Assembly: GCA_001643675.2 (NCBI GenBank)
Contig: LSRY02000013.1
Span: 682,001-746,000, forward strand
Origin: Monocercomonoides exilis PA203
Taxonomy: Eukaryota; Protista; Preaxostyla
DNA length: 64,000 nt
Reading direction: 5' to 3'
Below are positions 55,625 to 64,000 of the stretch, in pieces. The stretch's first letter is position 1, and every line of letters starts with the position of its first letter. The notes beneath the pieces are model-generated. The model searched no databases, was not told the origin of the DNA, and was given only the letters and a program-made list of their open reading frames with translations. The position numbers were made by a program, and so were the translations under genes.

Positions 55625-58600
55625 AGAATCTTCCTCCACTTCATGCAGCATGCGCTGCAGGTGATCCTATTGTTGTTAAGTCATTAATTGATTCGGGAGC
55701 AGATGTTCATGAATTTGATTTTTCTGGACAAACACCACTTCATTATGCTTGCACTGTTTTCCCATTTGTATGCTTTCAATAATTTAAAAAATTCAATAAG
55801 TTTTGCTTCATTTATATTGCTAATTCAGGAAAAACGAAGAGATAAAGGACGGTCACTTATCATACGACTTCTTATGTCAAAAGGAGCAAATCCTCATGTT
55901 GAGGATGGAAATGGTGCTCAGCCAATTCATTATGCTGCAAGATTCAGACTTTTGAAATGCCTAAATATTTTAAAGATTGATGGATCTTTTCAATATGATC
56001 ATTATGGTGAAACACCTCTTCACTGCGCTTGCGAAGAATATCCTTTTCAGAATGATATATTTTCAAATTCTGAAGCTAATTCACTTTCAGATGACACAAT
56101 CTTAAGTTGGATTAATCCAGAATTTAAAGGATATTCAGAACTTCGCCATTTACAACTTCTATTCGAAGACAATCATTGCATTTGCCATCAATTTACAAAT
56201 GATGAGAAAGAAAAAACATGTATGCTTTGCTTAAATGATTATCAAGGATGGAAACCTATTCACTATACGCTCCTTGGACACAAATCTAAAACGGGCATTG
56301 ATTTGAATAATTTTTCTCAAAATCATTTTTGTGGGGAGCAAGCTATCGTCAATCGAGTAAATAAATCGGCAGTTGAATCCACAGCATCATTGCCAAGCAA
56401 AAAATATCCACGCATACGAGGAAACACAATAATTTCAAGCAAAATTTCGAATGCTTCAAATTCCAAAACTATTCCATGGTTTGCTTGTGTGATGCAATTT
56501 CTTGTATTGGATCGTCATGTTGACATTAACACTCCAACTGAATGCACTTTATCCACTCCGCTGCACATCGCTGCAAGTCATAACAATCTGCTTGCTGTCA
56601 GAGTTCTTATTTTGATGGGGGCAAACATCTTTCTCTTTGACAAGGAAGGATATTCACCCTTTCACGTGGCATGTCGAGCAGGCGCAGCTTCTGTTGTCTC
56701 CTTTTTCCTTGCCAACGCCTCTTCGACTTCAATTTATTCAAACAGAATATTTTGCTCGCTTGTCTCGCAGCACAACGAAGAATCTCCGCTTCAGCTGGCT
56801 GTTCGATCGAGAAACACGCAGACACTGATGTCAATTCTGGAACAGACGAAACAAATGAAATCTTCAAGCAACAATTGCCAAAGCGAATCAGCTCATTCCT
56901 CCTCCTCCTCCTCCTCCTCTTCCTCTTCAAATGAAAAATTAAAAAATACCTCTAAAAGCGATGAAAGAGATGAAAGCAATGAAAGCAATGGAAGCAATTC
57001 AGCCATTCACATTCAAAAAGAAGGGCTGATAGAAGCTGCCATTGTGAGCAGCCGCGCTGTTCTGCCTGAAATGCTTTCAGCGATCATTTCTTGTAACATC
57101 AACAACAACAACAACAACAACAACATTAATAATAATAATAACAGCATCAGCGGCAGAGTCGATTTATGCACAGCCACTGATCCACGCACAGGCGACACGC
57201 TTCTCTGTGTGCTGGCCAAAGTCGACGATGCCAACATCGAAGGCAGTCCCCTCTGCTGTGATCCGCTTGCCCATATCAGCCTCGACGGTGCAGGCAGAGC
57301 GGAGCTCGGGGAAGAAAAGCAATGCGGCGAGGACCACGAAAGTGACGACGGGGCGTGTGTGTTTCCGGAGGGGAGGTTTGGGCAGCAGACAAGAATGAGA
57401 TACTCAAATGATGCGATGGACGACAGAGAGCAGAGGAGAATGCAGATGCTGCGGGGCGGAGGCGCCAGAGGGCTTTTGGGGAAAAACCCAGGCAGCTCAT
57501 CGTCATCGTCGTCGTCATCATCATCTTCTTCTTCTTCGACATTGTATTCAAACAGCACAGAAGTTGAAGCAGAAGAACAGACAACTGCGCAGATCATTTC
57601 GTTCCAGTCTTCGGCGCGTCCACCGAAAACTGCGCCATTGAGACGCCGCCCTGTCAACCATAGCTCGTCTCCCTTTCCTCTTCCTCTGTCTTCTTCTTCA
57701 TTGGCCATCTCCTCTTCCTCTTCTGACAACGATGATGATGATGATAATGAAGGAGGAGGAGGAGGAGGATGCACTAAGCAGCCAACTCAACCAGAAGTTC
57801 TGTTCTCTTCGTCTGATTCGTCTCTGCTCTCATTCAAGCCAGCGCGTGCTCCATTAACAGACACCCAGCACTTTCAAAGAGTGCGTCCGCATCCGAAGCG
57901 CGCAGCAAACAACAGACAGAACGAAGGGTGCTCATCTGCAATGGACTCTTCATTCAGCACATTCGGAACAGATACAGCTGCTGCACAATTAGGAAAAGGT
58001 AATAACATCAATAACGGTGAAAATGCGAATGCAAATGCGAATGAAGATTCGTTTCAATTGGTTCAGATTGAAGAATCAGGTGTGGAACATCCATTTCATT
58101 CTTCTTCTTCGGCTTCGGCTTCTTCGTCAGTTGCAACAATCTTTCAACAACCTTCTTCAGATTCGTTTTCTCCTTCTTTTTCTCTGCCACTGCATCAGGT
58201 GGAAGAGGAAGAAATAACAATAGACGATCTACCCACCCTTCTACCACCTTCACACGAAATGCCTCAAAATGGACAAAATGAACAAGATCAACAACGAAAT
58301 GAACAACAAGGTCAACAACAACAGCAACAGCATCCATCAGCCATCTCACCACACATCACTCACTCTGCTCATTTCCCTTCTGAAGCATCTGCAACACCGT
58401 CTGCCTTGCCAGGCAGCTCAAAGGCATCTCATCTTTCTTCACCTCACCTCCAGCAGAACATGCACTCCTCCTTCAATTCACCATTCCCCTCATATCGCCC
58501 TTCGCCTTCTCCCACCTTCCACCTCCTCTTCCACCCTTCCTCCACAACACCCACTGAACTCTCCACCGTTTTGCCGCAGCGCCAGCGGCGAGGCCATTTC

Positions 58601-61600
58601 TACTCGCCTGTGTCTCCTGGCCACCCAACGTTCTCTTCCTTCTCTCTCTTCCACCGCTTCCCTTCTCATTCTTCGTTCCCGCACATCCCTTCCCCTTCAA
58701 CTCCTTTTGTCCCTTTTGCACCCACACTTTTCGATCCTCCTTTGCAAACAATCGCCGAAAGCAAGAAAAACAGCATTGTTCTTCTGACCCGTGTTCTTGT
58801 GGCAGATTTAGGTGCTTCACCGTTCAGCTGCAATTTCAGTGCTGACTCGTCTATTCACATTGCTCTGCGGAGGATGGCTGCAGAGTGCATCAAGCAGAGG
58901 ACGATCAAGTGCAATGAGAAGAAGAAAGAGCAGGAGAAGAGGCAGAGACATGCGGATAACAACAACAGACGCAGGCAGCGAGCTGTGAAATTCCAGCACG
59001 AAAATGGCTTGCCGAATGAAGAAGGCTCGTCATCTCAAAGCAAAATGGAGAAATTAAGCTCGAATGACAAAATAGATTATAGTGCTTTGTTTGAAGATGA
59101 TGACAAAGTGTTTGAGTTTTCTGCTGATAACATGCACAAGCTGTATGAAAGTTCAATACTTGAGCCAACACTGCCAACATTCTTTGCGACGCTTATCAAA
59201 ATAGAAGATGAAATAGAAGCCAAAGGAGAAGAAGACAAACAACAGAAAAGCAAACATGATTCTTCTCAGCATCTAAAGAAAGACCACACGGTGAAATCAG
59301 CAAAAAATGCCACAAATCAAAATTCTTCTTCTTCACTCTCCAAACCGCTTTCCTTTAACAACTCATCTTTTTTCCATCATCTCAGCTCTTATGACAAATA
59401 TGGCCTGAATGCGCTTCACATGGCGTCTCTTTGTGGAAACATCCCTTTTCTTGCCTATCTCCTCCACAAAGCACACATCCCAGTCACTTCACTCACACAC
59501 CCCCACTTCGACTCCTCGCCTCTTTCCTTGAAACTTCAAGAGCTCATCCACAGCCGCTGCCCCACAGCCCCTTCTCCTCCTTCCATTTGGTCACTCAACC
59601 AGACGCCAAACTTCTTCCCTTCGTCTTTCTCGCCTGCAGAACAAGCACCTCAGCAGTCGGTGAAGTTGAGGCCGTTGCCTTTCTTTCTCACGGGAAGCGA
59701 CACAACTCTGATGTGTGCTGTCCACACTGGCAGTCTTTACACAGTCAGCTTTTTGTTGCAATACGCAAAGAATTCATTGGATGGCCAAATGGTTAATGTG
59801 AAAGTACTTGCACAAAATATCAGTTCAGAAAAGGAGTTTGAGTTTGTGAGTGAAAAGGAAAAGAATGAAGAAGGAGGAAAAGGAGAAAGAGAAGGAGGAG
59901 ATGAAGAAGAACGGATAAAAGATGAGAAACCAATTCCACTGAGAAGCGCTGCTTCGACTTCTGAACAAAATGATAATGATGAAGACAATAAAACAGAAGA
60001 GTCATATTCAGTGAGTGCATATTTTGCTTATCTGACAGTTCAAAATAACGATGGAGACACAGCTTTAGAGGTATTTATATTGTTCTTTATTAAAAATTAA
60101 AAAAAAAAAAACCTGTTTCATTTTTATTTATTTATTTATTTATTAATTTATTAATTTATTAATTTATTAATTTATTAATTTATTTATTTATTGAATTCTG
60201 TTGTGATTAGATGGCAAAACGAATGAAGCACTTCAACATAGCTGAGTACATTGAGCAAGAGATTCGATCTCTTTCTGCTAAAACAGACAAACAACAATCT
60301 CAGCAGCCAACTACTCTTCATTCATCTGAAGACACCTCCTTCAATCAAAAACAAGAACAGCTCAAACATAATTTTTTTCGTATTGTCACCAGAAAGCTCG
60401 GCTCAGAGAAAGAAAACAAAAACATTAAAGAAGAAAAGCCAATGAATCATGGCCATTCGACATATGATCTGACAGATGCACAGCACGTGTATGTTTACGA
60501 AGTGCGGAACCCGTTTGGCTTTTCGGAGAATTCTGAACAAAACAGAATATGCCCATCGATGCTTTCCTTCCTTCCTCTTCTCCATTCTCTTCACAAGTCA
60601 TTCCCTTTTTCCTCAAATCCCAACAAAAACTCTTCTGTTTCGTCACTGAATGATCCGAAAGAGCTTTTGGATGCCTTTCTCCCTCAAACTGCTGGCGATG
60701 CTCTTCAACTGTCTCAACTGCGCTGTCTCAACCACCGCTCCCTCATTCACCACATCCTCTTCACTCGCCATGCGAACGTGATAACTTCCATCATCTCTCA
60801 CATATTTGCGGCTTGTGGCAATAACTCAGATGCAGTTAATAAATCCTCTCATAAAGCACTGGCAAATAGCACTCTTGACTCAAATGCTTATTCTCTGAGT
60901 TTATTCAGGCATTTCTTTGTTGACGAAACGGATTCATTTGGCTGGTCTCCTCTTCATTATGCCGTTCTCATAGGTGATTCTTCAATTGATCCGTCTCAAC
61001 AACAACAAGAAGAAGATCAAACAGCAAATAACACTCTTCTTTCTCTTCTTTTCTCATATTTGCCACCAAATCTGCCTAAAGTCAATAAACTCGACATCTT
61101 CCAAGACATTTCTGAGTCTCCACTCTTGCTTTCTGCTGCGCTTGGCTGTCATTCTTCATTCATTTCACTTGTTTCACCCTCAAATCACAACACCATTTCT
61201 TCTGATGAACTTCTATCTGCTTTGACACATCACTCTATGTCGCATCATGGAAACACCTCAATTCATTATGCTGCATTTCACGGCCAGCTCTCTTTCCTCC
61301 ATTTCATCCACTCAACCCTTCTGGATGAAGAAGATGATGTTCCTTCTCAATTGAATGATGAGTCTTCTCCTTCAGAACCCAATAAATCAGAAATTCTTTC
61401 TATGTTTTCTGAGCAGAATGAATGTGGAGTCACTCCTCTGATGATGGCGTGTGCTATGTGCCACTCTGAAGTTGTATCATTTCTTCTCAAAGAGCCCATT
61501 TTGTGCGATCCAACTGTTGTGGATTCGAATGGCCTGTCTGCTTTGCATTGGCTTCTGCTTTCACCTGTTGTCGATTCATTTGCCAAAGAACAGTCTGATT

Positions 61601-64000
61601 CGTCTTATTCATCGTCAAGTGAAGCAGCAAAAAATGAAGATAAACAGCAAAAGATTTCTGTTGAATCATGTTGCGAGAATATTCCAGAGAAATTCACAGA
61701 TGATCATTCTGTATTAGATCTCTTCTTACAACCTCATTGTCTTCCTGTGATCAGCCACCCTCTTTTTTCTTCGTTCAATCAGAAAAGTGCATTGAAATAT
61801 CATCAATGCTCTTCTTGTTCCAAAGATGTTTATCAATCCAGAAAAAGACCATCTTCTCCAACACAAAGGACCATTTCAAAAATCTCTTATTTGCTATTTG
61901 AAAGAATGAAGCAGAAGAATTCTGAGCTTTCATTTTTGTATGAAAATGAAGAAAGTGCAAACTTGCTTTTATCTCTTGCCATCTACAATGGCTGTGAAGA
62001 TCTTATCACAACGCTGCTGGAAGATAGAAATTTCATTTCTCATCTTTTCCCATCATCTTCAAAAGTCAACGAACCATCCAAACAAAAAGCCTCTTCAATT
62101 CAAAAGGAGACTGTTTCGACTCTTTCGTCGACACTCTTCGACTTATTCTCACCCCCTTTTCAACATCTACCTTTCAACGTGATTTCAGTTCCTTCATTTT
62201 TGAAAAAGATTATTCATCCGTCGTTTATTCCGCCTTCCCTCGAAAGGAATCTGCCTTTTCTGCATCTGATTTGTGAGTCAAACGCTGCTATTTCAACAAA
62301 CACAATAAAAAGAATCATTTCTTCAAACCTTTCTTTTCTCTATCAAATAGACAACGATGGAGGCACAGTTCTGCACGCAGCTGCTATCTGTGACAGAGCT
62401 TTTGAGCTGTTTCCGCTCTTTTTGGAATCCCTTCGCTCTTCTTGTTCACAGTTTTTAGAGCAAAGTGAAGAGGAAGATGATTCAAGCAATTCAATTGAAT
62501 CACTCTCAAACAAAGTGATAATATTCTTTTTAACTCTGAAAGATCACCTCGGCAGAACACCATTTCATTTGGTGACAACATTGCCTGCTTTATCAACATT
62601 GATTTCTGCTCTTCTTCAAGCAATGTGTTCTTTGGATCCAACATCAAACAATATATCGTTAACTACAGAGGAACGCCATGCTCCAGCGCAGAGGTTAACC
62701 AAAGATCAAATGAAGCTTTTGATGGGCTTTTTTTGCTTTGAGAAAGATCACGATGGAAATTCTGTTGTCCATCACTGCGCAGCTGTTCAAGATCACTCTC
62801 TTCTTTCATTTCTCATTCAATTTCTTGACGCATACGATGCAGAGCTAAGCGATAAATCAGACAAGGATGAAGAACAAAACGAAGAAGGTGCTATTACTAC
62901 AACTGAACAAGAAGGCTCTCACGAAGAAACAGAAAGGAAGAATTCTTCTGCGAAGCTTATGAGCAAATGCCTCAACACGATGAATATGAATTCTCACTAC
63001 CCGCTTCATCTTTTGTCAAGCTCAGATTGCACCTCATTCTCTTCAATATCCTCATGTTCTCCACCAACTACTGTCATCACATGCTCTCCATTTGAAATTG
63101 CTCATTTGAGATTTATCACTTTAATGGTCACTTTTGATCTTCTTCTTCAGCATGGAATTGATGTGAACAGCGGAAGTTTATTAACTCAAGAAATCAAAGC
63201 AGATGGAGAGGAAAGCTTCCTTAGCAATCAGCCATCTTCTGACAATCTGTCTTTTCAGCAGCCTTTCAATCAATCGCCCGACGTTTCTTTCCCTTTCGCA
63301 AAACAGCAGTCAATCATAACATTTCCTCTCAACTTTGATCATCAGACACCTCTTCACACAGCCATCCGAAACAAATGCTTCACATCCACTTTGATTTTGG
63401 TATTGAGAGGCGCTCTGCTGACAGTGCCAGATGGATACGACGACACAGCTGAAGATCTGTTGGAAGGTGATGGTGAAATGCAGGTGGCGGTTGTGCTTGG
63501 CTCGATGATAAGGAGCTTTAATGAGTGTATCGATGAAGGAAATGGGGAAGAGTTCGAAAAGCTGATGGAAACACTGATGTCGAAAATTGATGAGCAAAAT
63601 GGAGTTGTTTGTGTTGATGAAGACGAAGGAGAAGAGGAAGATGGCTTGACTGTCTCAGATGATTCAGATCAAGACGAGTTCGATTTTCATCAAATTGAAT
63701 CAAGTTGCAGTGAAATAATAGATAATAAGATGTCTGGCTTGAGTTCAGAGGAAAATAAATCACCAACAAAACGCCCAGCTCACAGAACAAAAAGAAGTTT
63801 AGCCTCTCGCATTGACTATCAACACAAAAAGCTCCGTTCGACAGGCGAATTGTTCGTCGTTTCGACTCAACAGCTCTGCCGTGCTATTTTGCTGTGCTGC
63901 ACTGATTTGGATGGAAACACGCCTCTTCATCGCTGTGTGCAGTGCGGATACGAAGATATGATTGAGCCACTTTTGCGGAATCATCTGGGCAGCGTCAATG
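55625..64000 (+). CDS. Giant ankyrin-repeat protein, partial, >2700 aa (exons 55625-55767, 55829-60070, 60211->64000; 5' exon(s) uncertain, possibly ~55250-55327)
   Basis: Many ANK motifs: PPLHAAC, GQTPLHYAC, GETPLHCAC, STPLHIAA, GYSPFHVAC, GWSPLHYAV, GVTPLMMAC, GNTPLHRCV. GT-AG introns 55768-55828 and 60071-60210. The last exon appears open to the window end, so it is missing from the ORF track. Confidence 0.88.
60123..60182 (+). repeat. Intronic microsatellite (TTTA)5 followed by (TTAATTTA)5
   Basis: Seen directly in intron 60071-60210. Confidence 0.85.

Noticed and set aside
11098-64000. Functional cluster of VARP-like GEF, Rab32-like protein and ankyrin gene (split VARP)
   Set aside because: The genes are 16-38 kb apart with unrelated DNA between them. 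Nothing beyond proximity supports it.
1-64000. tRNA, rRNA, CRISPR arrays, alternative genetic code
   Set aside because: No cloverleaf, rRNA-like or repeat-spacer pattern seen by eye. Well-supported genes end at TAA, TAG or TGA with no in-frame read-through.

Overview
Eukaryotic, intron-containing, AT-rich genomic DNA in the standard code (TAA/TAG/TGA all act as stops). The short GT-AG introns, Ser-rich insertions and giant single-pass 'beta-helix ectodomain + degenerate kinase' genes point to an oxymonad, most likely Monocercomonoides (inference). 1-18 kb is a compact housekeeping block: 3' end of CC2D2A/MKS6, an LRR-WW-ZnF-HECT E3 ligase, archease, CK2-beta, RPL36A/eL42, eIF2B-epsilon and a VARP-like VPS9 protein. 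18-23.6 kb is non-coding and holds three fold-back elements. 23.6-50.1 kb holds two convergent giant receptor-like genes. Their cytoplasmic tails, the DNA downstream and a motif-degenerate Rab-like gene form the near-identical 4.47-kb arms of a 9.3-kb palindrome (30138-39435) centred exactly on an imperfect fold-back MITE. 50.6-55.1 kb has a gene fragment, a decayed Fot1/pogo-like DD35D transposon and an A-rich tract. A giant ankyrin-repeat gene runs from about 55.6 kb off the end of the window. Main highlight: the MITE-centred palindrome, which gives two different ectodomains the same signalling tail and duplicates a pseudo-Rab tail-to-tail. An assembly artefact must be excluded. Also notable: a recurrent GATCA motif just upstream of start codons.
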